DNA of 64,000 bases from Octopus sinensis (Eukaryota). Positions 1-11,935 of the stretch are shown here, one piece after another. The translations under genes and the position numbers were made by a program. The notes beneath the pieces are model-generated. The model searched no databases and was not told the origin of the DNA. It worked only from the letters and a program-made list of their open reading frames with translations. The number at the start of each line of letters is the position of its first letter. Position 1 is the stretch's first letter. Location of the stretch: NCBI RefSeq assembly GCF_006345805.1, contig NC_043011.1:6386001-6450000 (forward strand), read 5' to 3'.

Positions 1-2384
1 GTCCTCTGCTGTCTCGGTCGTTATCCTCCCCCATCTCGGTTGTCGTCCTCCGCTGTCTCGGTCGTTATCCTCCCCCATCTCGGTCGTCGTCCTCTGCTGT
101 CTCGGTCGTTATCCTCCCCCATCTCGGTCGTCGTCCTCTGCTGTCTCGGTCGTTATCCTCCCCCATCTCGGTTGTCGTCCTCCGCTGTCTCAGTCGTTAT
201 CCTCCCCCATGTCGGTTGTTGTCCTCTGCTGCCTCGGTCGTTATCCTCCCCCATCTCGGTCGTTGTCCTCCGCTGTCTCGGTCGTTATCCTCCCCCATCT
301 CGGTCGTCGTCCTCCGCTGTCTCGGTCGTTATCCTCCCCCATCTCGGTTGTTGTCCTCCGCTGTCTCGGTCGTTATCCTCCCCCATCTCGGTTGTCGTCC
401 TCCGCTGTCTCGTCGTTATCCTCCACCATCTCGGTCGTTATCCTCCCCCATCTCGGTCGTCGTCCTCTGCTGTCTCGGTCGTTATCCTCCCCCATCTCGG
501 TTGTTGTCCTCCGCTGTCTCTGTCATTATCCTCCCCCATCTCGGTCATCATCCTCCGCTGTCTCGGTCGTTATCCTCCCCCATCTCGGTTGTTGTCCTCC
601 GCTGTCTCGGTCGCTATCCTCCCCCATCTCGGTCGTCGTCCTCCGCTGTCTCAGTCGTTATCCTCTCCCATCTCGGTTGTCGTCCTCCGCTGTCTCGGTC
701 GTTATCCTCCCCCATCTCGGTCGTTGTCCTCCGCTGTCTCTGTCATTATCCTCCCCCATCTCGGTCATCATCCTCCGCTGTCTCGGTCGTTATCCTCCCC
801 CATCTCGGTTGTTGTCCTCCGCTGTCTCGGTCGTTATCCTCCCCCATCTCGGTTGTTGTCCTCCGCTGTCTCGGTCGTTATCCTCCCCCATCTCGGTCGT
901 CGTCCTCCGCTGTCTCGGTCGTTATCCTCCCCCATCTCGGTCGTCGTCCTCTGCTGTCTCGGTCGTTATCCTCCCCCATCTCGGTTGTTGTCCTCCGCTG
1001 TCTCGGTCGTTATCCTCCCCCATCTCGGTCGTCGATCTCTGCTGTCTCGGTCGTTATCCTCCCCCATCTCGGTCGTTGTCCTCCGCTGTCTCGGTCGTTA
1101 TCCTCCCCCATCTCGGTCGTCGTCCTCCGCTGTCTCGGTCGTTATCCTCCCCCATCTCGGTCGTCGTCCTCTGCTGTCTCGGTTGTTATCCTCCCCCATC
1201 TCGGTCGTCGTCCTCTGCTGTCTTGGTCGTTATCCTCCCCCATCTCGGTTGTTGTCCTCTGCTGTGTCGGTCGTATCCTCCCCCATCTCGTCGTCGTCCT
1301 CCACTGTCTCGGTCGTTATCCTCCCCCATCTCGGTCGTCGTCCTCTGCTGTCTCGGTCGTCGTCCTCGCTGTCTTGGTCGTTATCCTCCCCCATCTCGGT
1401 CGTCGTCCTCTGCTGTCTCGGTCGTTATCCTCCCCCATTTCGGTCGTCGTCCTCCGCTGTCTTGGTCGTTATCCTCCCCCATCTCGGTTGTCGTCCTCCG
1501 CTGTCTCGGTCGTTATCCTCCCCCATCTCGGTCGTCGTCCTCTGCTGTCTCGGTCGTTATCCTCCCCCATCTCGGTTGTCGTCCTCCGCTGTCTCAGTCG
1601 TTATCCTCCCCCATGTCGGTTGTTGTCCTCTGCTGCCTCGGTCGTTATCCTCCCCCATCTCGGTCGTTGTCCTCCGCTGTCTCGGTCGTTATCCTCCCCC
1701 ATCTCGGTTGTTGTCCTCCGCTGTCTCGGTCGTTATCCTCCCCCATCTCGGTTGTTGTCCTCCGCTGTCTCGGTCGTTATCCTCCCCCATCTCGGTCGTC
1801 GTCCTCCGCTGTCTCGGTCGTTATCCTCCCCCATCTCGGTCGTCGTCCTCTGCTGTCTCGGTCGTTATCCTCCCCCATCTCGGTTGTTGTCCTCCGCTGT
1901 CTCTGTCATTATCCTCCCCCATCTCGGTCATCATCCTCCGCTGTCTCGGTCGTTATCCTCCCCCATCTCGGTTGTTGTCCTCCGCTGTCTCGGTCGTTAT
2001 CCTCCCCCATCTCGGTCGTCGTCCTCCGCTGTCTCAGTCGTTATCCTCTCCCATCTCGGTTGTCGTCCTCCGCTGTCTCGGTCGTTATCCTCCCCCATCT
2101 TGGTCGTTGTCCTCCGCTGTCTCTGTCATTATCCTCCCCCATCTCGGTCATCATCCTCCGCTGTCTCGGTCGTTATCCTCCCCCATCTCGGTTGTTGTCC
2201 TCTGCTGTCTCGGTCGTTATCCTCCCCCATCTCGGTTGTCGTCCTCCGCTGTCTCGGTCGTTATCCTCCCCCATCTCGGTTGTCGTCCTCCGCTGTCTCG
2301 GTCGTTATCCTCCCCCATCTCGGTCGTCGTCCTCCGCTGTCTCGGTCGTTATCCCCCCCCATCTCGGTCGTCGTCCTCCGCTGT
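1..2384. repeat. 44-bp minisatellite (~54 copies) built from two diverged 22-bp subunits
   Basis: Unit CTGTCTCGGTCGTTATCCTCCC+CCATCTCGGTCGTCGTCCTCCG; CTGTCTCG recurs at 9 and 53 (period 44). The array runs off the window start. Confidence 0.97.
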
Positions 2385-2535
2385 GAAGAGGTTGGCATTA
2401 GGAAGGGCATCCGGCTGTAGAAAACCATGAAGAAGACAGCTGGAGCCTGGGGAAGTTCTCTGACTCCTCTATTGTCGAAACATCCAACCCCTGCCAGCAA
2501 GGATAAGACATTAAATGATGATGATGATGACAGAG
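2385..2535 (+). mobile_element. 3' tail of RTE-family LINE (5'-truncated)
   Basis: GTTGGCATTAGGAAGGGCATCC...CATCCAACCC...TTAAATGATGATGATG; same tail follows the RTE ORF at 13417-13880. Confidence 0.75.
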
Positions 2536-4289
2536 AAGTTTCTGATGAAATGGTGACAATAAAGTGATTGACAGCCTAAACACACACACACACACATGCA
2601 TACAAAATTATGACACTGGTAAAATTATTACAGCAAGTCTGCAGTGATTGTGGTGATGGAGAAAGTGTGGTGGTGGTGGTGGTGGTTAAATGTTTGTAAT
2701 AGGTCCAACATAAGCAATCTTTGCTTGTCTTTGAGCCGTTTAGTGTTTAAGAAGTGCCACCTGAAGTGCTGCACATCAGTTCCATTGTCAACATTAAACC
2801 AAAACACAATATCACAGCTGACATGTAACCATGGACATCGTTCTTTAAACATAAAATACTCTCCATTATTCAGTTGCGTAAATCATCATTCTCTCTACCA
2901 CCCCACTCCGTCTCTTGTGATATTTTCAATGTGTAAGGGTGGCTGTGCTCACACACATGCACACACACACCTTTCCATGTTGTAAAGCTGTCAGCAGATG
3001 TGTGAGTTGTTAGTCTTTTTCATTTGTCTATGTGTTTGTATACACTGTGTGCATGTTCTGTCTGTCTGTCTGTCTATATGTATGTGTGTGTGTGTGTGTA
3101 TACACTGTGTGTGCATGTTCTGTGAGTGTGTGTGTGTGAGAGAGAGCTGTGCTCTAACATTTCTTAATGTATTTAGCACAACATTTCTTATTGGCCCATT
3201 GCCTTAGTAGTTAGGGTGTTTGGCTCCTAAACATACAGATGTGGGTTTGGTACCCATACTTGGTGGCACACTGTGGCCTTCAACAACATATTTCATTTCA
3301 TATTGCCCCAATCTACTCAACTGTAGTTGAATACTAGCCTGAAGCAGTGCTGATGCCCTGCCCTGGCTCTCCAACCCTCACACTCTGAATATTCTACTGG
3401 TTCAAGTGTGAAGGGGTCAAGTGACTATATGAAACAATTAGCAAGAGCATGGTGCATACTGCCAACCCATAGCTGTTCATGAATTGCTCTTGGCTGTACT
3501 GCTGTACAGTTATCATGTGTGTTTTTCATGTGGCACCAGCACAGCTGCTTTCCATGTGGCGCTGGTATGGCAGCTTTTCATGTGGCACCAGCACAGCTGC
3601 TTGTAATGATAGTTTGGGATATATATCTATATGTATGTGTATATATATGGAGAAAATATTGTGGATACTTATTTTATTTGTATCACAACAAGAGCCTAGC
3701 AGATAGTTTAATAGAAATAAAATTTAAATAAACATGACTTGACATAATATAAGCATAAAAATTGCCTACAATCTGGCGACCAGATTGAAATGTGTGTTTA
3801 CTTAAATTTTATTTGTATTCAACTATTTGCTATGTTCTTATTGTGATAGAAATAAAATAAGTATCCACAATATTTTTTTTCCATTTTCTTATATCAATAA
3901 ATGTAAATTAGACTGTTTATCCTTATATATCGAGAGAATTGCCCAATATGTCCATTGATAACACCAGTTGAGTTCCATATTTTATAATCCCTAAGGAGGA
4001 CATTATATCCTCAAATTAACTGATTTATATTTACTTGTATTTATATTCTCTTTTATATATATTCTACTTATTATACAACATTACTCTTTTATGTACACTT
4101 TTTTATGTACATTCCTTTATGTACACTGATTTGTTCTGCTTTTTATATTTAACCCTACAGTCTCTTATGTGGTAGTTTAATAAAGTATCTGATTGAGTAT
4201 TATCTGGTAATTGATATTTGATTTAGTTGTATTTCTCCATTTTCTTATCTTGTATTAGTAATTTGTGGTAAATCATTTTACCTTTGCCC

Positions 4290-4620
4290 CTGAATGTGGC
4301 CGTTGCCAGTGCCCCGACTGACCTCCGTGCCGGTGACATGTAAAAAGCACCATCCGATCGTGGCTGTTGCCAGCAACGCCTGGCCTCCGTGCCAGTGGCA
4401 CGTAAAAAGCACCATCCGATCTTGGCTGTTTGCCAGCCTCGTCTGGCACGTAAAAAGCACCCACTACACTCATGAAGGGGTTGGCGTTAGGAAGGGCATC
4501 CAGCCGTAGAAACATCGCCAGATGAGACTGGGCCTGGTGCAGCCTTCTGGCTTCCCAGACCCCGGTTGAACCGTCCAACCCATGCCAGCATGGAAAGCGG
4601 ACGCTAAATGATGATGATGA
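4290..4620 (+). mobile_element. RTE LINE 3' UTR/tail fragment with internal tandem units
   Basis: Highly similar to 13570-13880; ends in (ATG)n. Confidence 0.8.
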
Positions 4621-4743
4621 TGATTATATATATATATATATATAGTGAATCCAAACAAAGAAGAACAAACAAGAAAAATCAAGACTGTGAGGACATGGTA
4701 CAAGTACTGCATTATCAGACGCTCAGGAAAGGAAAGAAAGAGG

Positions 4744-4775
4744 ATTTTATGTTTCGAGTAAAGCTCTTCAGAAAT
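4744..4775 (-). ncRNA. Decayed hammerhead-like motif in a Penelope-type repeat
   Basis: Minus strand ATTT-CTGAAGA-GCTTTACTC-GAAA-CAT-A-AAAT: core and 4-bp stem I present, stem II defective. Confidence 0.3.
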
Positions 4776-5319
4776 AGGGAAAAGTCCAAAGGAAGGGATG
4801 ACAGAGGAAGAAAATTGCCAACAATACACATTTTCTATTTCCATTGCCACCAAACATTCTCCACATTGTCTTAAAAGTTTTATCAAAGTTGAGCTGATAA
4901 GGAAACTTCTGTGCAGTTGTTTGACCTGCTAGAATTAACAGTCAAATACCCCTTTGATCACAACTATTTCCAGTGAAGTGGGATACATTGGAAGGATGCT
5001 GTCCTAGATATACAGAAACTTGTACATGAACATCATACAGGTGTTTTGCTATAGAGGAGGTAAAGATGGTGGTATGTAGCAGTAATATGTTGAGGGTTGT
5101 CGTAATGTAGAGGAGCCAATATCGATCAGATATAAAAAAGAAAATTCTTTTTAACTCCAGTGAAGCAGAAATTTTAGCCTCTTGGAGCTGCATGGTGAGC
5201 GATTTTCTACTTGGGGAAGCAATTTTCTACTTCAAACCACAGTTTAGAATTAATTTATCATTTTTCTGTAAGAAACCAGTGAAAGTGTTGCTGTGTTGTG
5301 AGAAGGTTGCTTCAAAACC

Positions 5320-5610
5320 AAATGGTTCCTGGTTCATTCCCATTGCATGGCACCTTGGGCAAGTGTTTTTTTACTATAGTCTCAGGCCAACTAAAGCTTT
5401 AGGAGTGGTGGATGGAAACTGAAAGAAGCCTGTTGTGTGTGTGTTTGTTTGTCCTCAACCACTGCTTGACAATCAGTGTTGGTGTGTAACTTAGTGGTTC
5501 AGCAAAAGATACTGATAAAAAAAATGAGTACTGGGGTCAAATAATTCGACTAAAATTTCTTCAAAGCAGTGCCCCAGAATGGCCATAGTCTAATGATTGA
5601 AACAAATAAG
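5320..5610 (+). mobile_element. Degenerate tRNA-headed SINE, family A
   Basis: GGCACCTTGGGCAAGTG, GGAAACTGAAAGAAGCC and 3' GAAACAAATAAG motifs match intact copies. Confidence 0.65.
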
Positions 5611-5751
5611 AGATACAAGATTAACTTGGAAAGGTTTTGACTCAGTCGAACCAATGGAAACATTGGTTTTGTTTGTGTTCTGTGGATGGAATGCACTCCT
5701 GAATTCAGGTTCTAATCTCAGTTGAAAGCATTTCATTTATGTTTCAAATAC

Positions 5752-5797
<46 letters not shown>

Positions 5798-6829
5798 CTC
5801 CCCTAACCCTAACCTTGTAAGTAATGGGAAAGTCTTGTTTGTCCTTATGTAAAGCCATCTTACATATTGTTTTTATATCACATATTCTGCAACATCTGTT
5901 ATCACTTTTCTCTGATGTCAATTCATTTCTCCCCCCCCCCGACAATCTGGCATCGTGCCCCTCCCATCTCTATCCTACACCACACCATTTTGCATTGCAC
6001 TACCCCCATGCTCCACCCACCACATCACTTTGTGCTAAACCATTACAACACCACCACTGCCCTACCCTGCATCATACCACGTGCTACCATGATGTACCCC
6101 ACCTCCTCATCCATTGCCACCCATTCACTCACTCTTCACTACACAACACTGCCTCTATTTAACCACTCCATACCTTAAAAAAACCCTCACTGTACTAGAA
6201 CCCACACTGAACTAGACCACATCATGCACGCTGCATCATACTGTGCTATATTGCTCTGCACTTCATCACTAAAGGATGTGAAAACAGAACCAGCAAAGTT
6301 GTTATCTGTTTGAAAACAGAAGCTGCCGAAAGTCAAATTTCAGATTTCTCCAAATTGGATTGTCTGATATTGCCAGACAAAACCTATTTCCAGATTACAC
6401 CATTTAATGGAACCAAAATATTGAAAATGGAAAAAATAAAAATAAAAGTGTTAGTGTTTATTGGCGGCAGAGAAATCCATAACAGACATTTGATTGAACA
6501 GCTGTCGATAAAGGTCACTTGGTAATCGAGGCTTTATTAGTGCACATGAATCTAGTCTCTATTAATATTGCTTTCAAATTTTGGTACAAGGCCAGCAATT
6601 TTGTGGGAGGGAGGATAAGGCGATTGCATCAACCCCAGTGCTTGACTGTTGCTTATTTTATCGATCCATAACCTGCAAGTCGAAACTAGTGGAATTTGAA
6701 CTCAGTGTAAAGACAGGAAAAATGTCCTGAAGCATTTTGCCTGGCATGCTAACGATTCTGCCAGCTCGCTTCGTTAGTCTGAATTTACATTGAGACATTC
6801 TGTCTGAGTTTCTAACATTCATACAAATA

Positions 6830-7110
6830 TAGATCTGTGGTAAAAAGCTTGCTTTCCAATCACATGACCCTGAGTTCAGTCCCACTGCATAGCACACTTT
6901 GGCAAGCATCTATTATGGTCCAGGGCTGATCAAAGCCTTGTGAGTGGATTTGGTTGAAGGAAACTGAAAGAAGTTCATTATGTATGTGTGTGCATGTGGC
7001 TTAACGGTTTGGCAAAAGAGACTGATAGAATAAGTACCCGGTTTAAAAAGAAAATTCTTCAAGGTGGTGCCCCAGCATGGCCACAGTCTGACTGAAACAA
7101 GTAAAAGACA
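6830..7110 (+). mobile_element. Degenerate SINE family A
   Basis: Same motif order as 55584-55985. Confidence 0.65.
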
Positions 7111-7264
7111 GAAGATATGTGTGTGTTACTGTCTCTTAATCTTGACATCATGTGACAGTTGTAAATGAGTGTCACTGTCACTCAAGTGGTGTCGTTTGAT
7201 TCCAATTCCTTGTGAGAAACCTATCTGGCTTTAGGAGAAATATTTACCTAACAGGTAACATTTC

Positions 7265-7655
7265 ACACACCGGGCAAAATGCTTTGCGGTATTTCGTCTG
7301 CCGCTACGTTCTGAGTTCAAAATCCGCCGTGGTCGACTATGACTTTCATCCTTTCGGGGTCGATTAAATAAGTACCAGTTATGCACTGGGGTCGATATAA
7401 TCGACTTAATCCGTTTGTCTGTCCTTGTTTGTCCCCCCTGTGTTTAGTCCCTTGTGGGTAATAAAGAAATAGGTATTTCGTCTGCCGCTACGTTCTGAGT
7501 TCAAAATCTGCCGTGGTCGACTTTGCCTTTCATCCTTTCAGGGTCGATTAAATAAGTACCATTTACGCACTGGAGTCGATGTAATCGACTTAATCCATTT
7601 GTCTGTCCTTGTTTGTCCCCTCCGTGTTTAGTCCCTTGTGGGTAGTAAAGAAATA
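7265..7655 (+). mobile_element. Dimeric SINE family B (tRNA-like head plus two 184-bp bodies)
   Basis: GGTA(T) at 7288, 7472 and 7656 (period 184); flanked by GGTAACATTTC (7254-7264) and GGTAGCATTTC (7656-7666) as probable TSD. Confidence 0.85.
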
Positions 7656-8041
7656 GGTAGCATTTCCCTCTCGTGGAAATTTTGGCAACATGAGGGGCAT
7701 CTGGCCACAGAAAATCTGCCTTGACGAATTTCATTTGATTCGTTTGAGCATGAAATAGTGGATATTAAGGTAGGATGATGATGATGATGATGATGGTGCT
7801 CTCTGTGACTGACAGGTAAGAAAACAACCCCCCCTCCCTGAAATCCGTAACTCCCCTACCATTCCACTGACGAAACAATGTCATTTAAAACCAAACTATT
7901 GTCGTTTCTCTGATGTGTGTTTTGCATTTTTCTTTTCAATTCAATTTTAAGTGAATCTTTTTCAATTAAATAAAAACAGATTTTTTTTTTTTCTTCATCT
8001 CCTTTGATTTTCTCACTAAATATTGTTTTATTTCGTTTCAG

Positions 8042-8814
8042 AAATCACTGCATGCTGTTGTTGTTGTTGTCGTAGCAGTCGTCCTCTCCGCCACATTTGG
8101 ACTCAGTGATGTTACCCGACCGCCAGCCCGTCGCCTCTTCTTGCTGCTGCTGTTGCTGCTACTGCTGTTGCTGCGTTCACCCCTGTCTGGCAGACTAGTT
8201 CATTGTGTGGTGGGTGGGGGGGTACTTGTAAAATGTCCTGTAGAGCGCCCATTCTAGGACTGCTACCACTACAGACACAGCTACTACTACTACCACCACA
8301 CCACCAGCAGCAGCAGCAGCAACAACAACAACACCAACAACGTCGCCGCCGCCGCCGCCACCACTGTGACTGCCACTGCCGCCGTCGACGCCACCACCAC
8401 CACTGCTACTACTACTACTACAACAACACCACCACCAACAACAACAACAACTACACCCACCTGCACTGCCACCACCACCACCACCACCACCGACTGCACC
8501 ACCACCACCACTGTCCTTGCTGGCGGTGTTGCACAACCCCGCCTCCTTACCCCCCTCCTGTTGCTCCTGTCAATCACCTCCCTCCCTGTCTTTGTCATAG
8601 TGTTTGTCACAGTCACTCTGTTATTACATAGCTAGGCCTCGTCCCCACCACCACCACCACCTATAGTACTCTTATTACTGCTGATATTACTGAAAAAACT
8701 CCTGTCTGGGACATTACTGCTGGCCGCATAGGTTGCACCACCACCACCACCGCCCCACCATCATTGCCTCCCACCACCACCACCAAGTGGTGAGGAGGTG
8801 ACATTGGTGTTTTG

Positions 8815-8845
<31 letters not shown>

Positions 8846-9076
8846 TGTATGTCCAACTGACACACGGAGATTTCAACCAGTTCCACGCTCCACCCCTCCA
8901 CACCATAAAGCAACAAGCTAACCCTCCCCTGCTGTTTCCTTAAAATATCCAACCAACCAACCAACGAACCAGTCAGTTGAGGAAAGGAACTCAACCACCT
9001 GACCGACCGACCGACCAACCAACCCTTAATTATTTGTCTTGGAGGGGCTACAGCTCACCACCGATTGGCTTACCGG
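8042..9076 (+). other. GC-rich triplet-repeat region, probable long 5' UTR of MGAT4
   Basis: Directly upstream of ATG 9077; strong polypyrimidine tract with AG at 8040-8041; runs of CAG/CAA/CAC/TAC/GCC. Exon status is inferred. Confidence 0.45.
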
Positions 9077-9158
9077 ATGAGAGCAAGACTGAAGAATGTT
9101 GTTCTTTTGCTGGTCATGGTCTTCATTTTGCCCATATTCTTCATGGTGACCCGACCAG
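9077..9158 (+). CDS. MGAT4: MGAT4A/B-like GlcNAc-transferase IV, coding exon 1 (type II signal anchor)
   Basis: MRARLKNVVLLLVMVFILPIFFMVTRP: basic N-terminus plus hydrophobic helix; donor CAG|GTAAGC, phase 1, matching exon 2. Confidence 0.8.
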
Positions 9159-9574
9159 GTAAGCTATTTCCTTTTTTTTTTGTTTTTCTCAAGCAGCTTA
9201 AAAGCATACTGGCCCTCCCCCACCTCTTAAACACCATAATGACCCGTTCGAAGTATGTAGTGTGATAACACACTTTTCTCACCAACCAGTCTCATTAATT
9301 TCCTCTTCCTCCTCCTCTCACCCCTCTATCCCACCCCACTCCACCCTAATCTTTCCCACCCGCTTCATTTGTTTATTTTTCCTGTCCAAGATGAGTTGCT
9401 GTTAATTAGTTAATGAGATGATAATTTTTCAGAGCAATTAGTCTCAGCTGAAGGGTTTACATTTCCAGTATTCCTCTCAATTCTGTGTTTGATCAGTTTT
9501 ATCACTAATCCTCCTCACCAACTGTTCAATTCCAAACTGGATTCAAATTGGTCGTCTTGACAATGTTTATATCT

Positions 9575-9760
9575 ACAGGTCGGTGGCATGTAAAAGCACC
9601 CACTACACTCTCGGAGTGGTTGGTGTTAGGTAGGACATCCAGCCGTAGAAGCATTGCCAGGTCAGATTGGAGCCTGGTGCAGCCTCCCGGCTTGCCAATC
9701 TGCAGTCAAGCCAACCGACCCATTCCAGCAGGAAAAGCGGATGTTAAACAATGATGATAA
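9575..9760 (+). mobile_element. RTE LINE 3' tail
   Basis: AAAGCACCCACTACACTCTCGGAGTGGTTGG...ATGATGAT. Confidence 0.75.
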
Positions 9761-10488
9761 TACATTATTTACAATTGATAGATATTTGTCCTCATCTTGT
9801 TTGTTGTTAACATAACATTTCGGCTGATATACCCTCCAGCCTTCATCAGGGGTCTTAGGGAAATTTCGAACCTGGGTTCTCATTCCTTAGGTATTTTTTA
9901 ATGTTATTATAACAACAGACCCCTGATGAAGGCTGGAGGGTATATCAGCCGAAACATTGTCATCATCATTATCATTTAATGTCTGCTTTCCAAGCTAGTA
10001 TGGGTTGTACAATTTGACTGAGGACTGGCAAACCAGATGGCTGCACCAGGCTCTAATCTAATCTGGCAGAGTTTCTACAGCTGGATGCCCTTCCTAACGC
10101 CAACCACTCCGAGAGTGTAGTGGGTGCTTTTACATGCCACTGGCATGAGGGCCAGTCAGGCAGTACTGGCAACAGCCACGCTGAAGTGGTGTTTTTTACG
10201 TGCCACCTGCATATAACCAGTCCAGCGGCACTGGCAATGACCTCGCTCAAATGTTTTTCACGTGCCACCAACACAAGTGCCAGTAAGGCGATGCAGGTAG
10301 CGATCACGTTTGAATGGTGCTTTTTACATGCCACCGGCATGGGACAGTCAGCTGCTCTGGCAGCGATCATGTTCGGATGGTGCTCTTAGTGCTCCGCTGG
10401 CATGGGTGCCAGTCATCGAATTTGTGAATTTGATTTGATTAACAACAAACGAGATGAGGACAAATATCCATCAATTGTCAATAATGTA
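9761..10488. mobile_element. Penelope-like terminal repeat in inverted arrangement, right arm split by an RTE tail
   Basis: Perfect 38-bp inverted repeat 9818-9855 / 9917-9954; homology extends to 9761 on the left and resumes at 10439-10488 on the right; each arm has CTGATGA-A-GGCTG..CAGCC-GAAA. Confidence 0.7.
9961..10438 (-). mobile_element. RTE LINE 3' UTR (reverse), inserted in the Penelope-type repeat
   Basis: Reverse complement of the RTE tail, starting with (CAT)n; several internal tandem units. Confidence 0.75.
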
Positions 10489-11544
10489 CATAATTCCTCA
10501 TCTCTTAAATATAGAACTGATAATGATAATGCCGATGATGATGAGGTGCAGGCATTGCTTTGTGATTAAGAAGCTCACTTTGCAAGCACATGGTTTTGGG
10601 TTCAGTCCCACTGCGTGGCACTTTGGGCAACTGTCTTCTGCTATAGCTCTGGGACAACCAATATCTTGTGAGTGAATTTGATAGATGGAAACTGTGTGGA
10701 AACCTGCTCTGTGTGTTTTTTTATGTGTGTGTGTCAGGTTAAGTCTCACTGGGGGGCACCTTGTGCAAGTGTCTTCTACTGTAGCCTCGGCTGACACAAG
10801 CCATGTGAATGGATTTGAGAGACAAAAACTGAAAGAAGTCCATCATGTGTGTGTGTGTCTTTGTAAGTTTGTCCTCCACCGCTACAACCGGTGTTGGTGT
10901 GTTTACATCCCTGTAACTTAGCAGTTTAGCAAGAGACCAATAGGAAAAGTGCCAGGCTTAAAAAAAAAGTACTCTTTTTCCAAATTAAAGCTAATATTTT
11001 TGTCCACTCAGCCACTGACATGTACCTGGGCACGAATGAAACACCTGGTGACAACAAATTGGAGATGTTGCTACTGAATCCCAGGTAAACTCTGGTGGAG
11101 TAGATCTGAGATCAGTTGCATTCCAGCTGTGACCATCACATCTTTTCCTTTAGTTCACAGAACCCAGAATTACATTATCCAACATATGGTTTGATTTGAG
11201 GGATATTTGGCTATGATTTCTAGAAGGTCAAGCATAGTAGTTTCGTTGTTGGTTAGTGTGGTGCAAGCATTGTCATGTAATTAAGTTTATTTCCCAACTG
11301 CACCCTTTCAGATCAGCCCTACTGCTTGATGACCCCAGGGCCACTGTCTTCTATTGTAGCTCCCAGGCTAACAACATGGAAAATGGGATGATTATGATGA
11401 TGGTCTTAGAGACGTTAATTCATCTTAGACATCTTCACAATATTTTCTCTCTTCTCCCAGCTCTCACTTCACACTTTTCACTTATAATAATTCTTCTACT
11501 CGAGGCACAAAACCTGAAATGTTGGTGCAAGTGACATTCGTAGT

Positions 11545-11935
11545 TATCTCTCTCCCTCTCTCCATAGTTGTCTCTCCCTCTGTAGTGGTCTCTCTCTCTC
11601 TTCTCCCTCTGTAGTGGTCTCTCTCTCTCTTCCTCTGTAGTGGTCTCTCTCTCCCTCCCTAATTTTCTCTTTCTCCCTCCCTAATTGTCTCTCTCCTTCC
11701 CTAGTTGTCTCTCTCCCTCCCTAATTTTCTCTCTCTCCCTAGTTGTCTCTCTCCCTCCCTAATTGTCTCTTTCTCCCTCCCTAATTGTCTCTCTCCTTCC
11801 CTAGTTGTCTCTCTCCCTTCCTCTCTCTCTCTCTCTCCCACCCTCTCTCTTTCTCTCTCTCCCCGTAGTTGTCTCTCTCTCCCTCCCCTTAGTTTTGTCT
11901 CTCCATGTGGTTGTCTCTGTCTCTCTCTGTCTCTC
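11545..11935. repeat. CT-rich degenerate minisatellite
   Basis: Recurrent CCCTAATTGTCTCTCT / GTAGTGGTCTCTCT units. Confidence 0.8.

Noticed and set aside
1-2384. CRISPR-like array
   Set aside because: Units are contiguous with no unique spacers, there are no cas genes, and the context is eukaryotic.
40-2430. Three 700-800 aa ORFs
   Set aside because: Produced by a stop-free 44-bp unit cycling through the frames; the peptides are pure repeat with no homology signal.
5801-5814. Telomere-like CCCTAACCCTAACC
   Set aside because: Only two units next to a (GA)n tract; expected by chance.
8195-8635. PolyQ/H/T ORFs as protein-coding exons of a separate gene
   Set aside because: Open in several frames on both strands because of triplet repeats and with no domain; kept only as possible uORFs.
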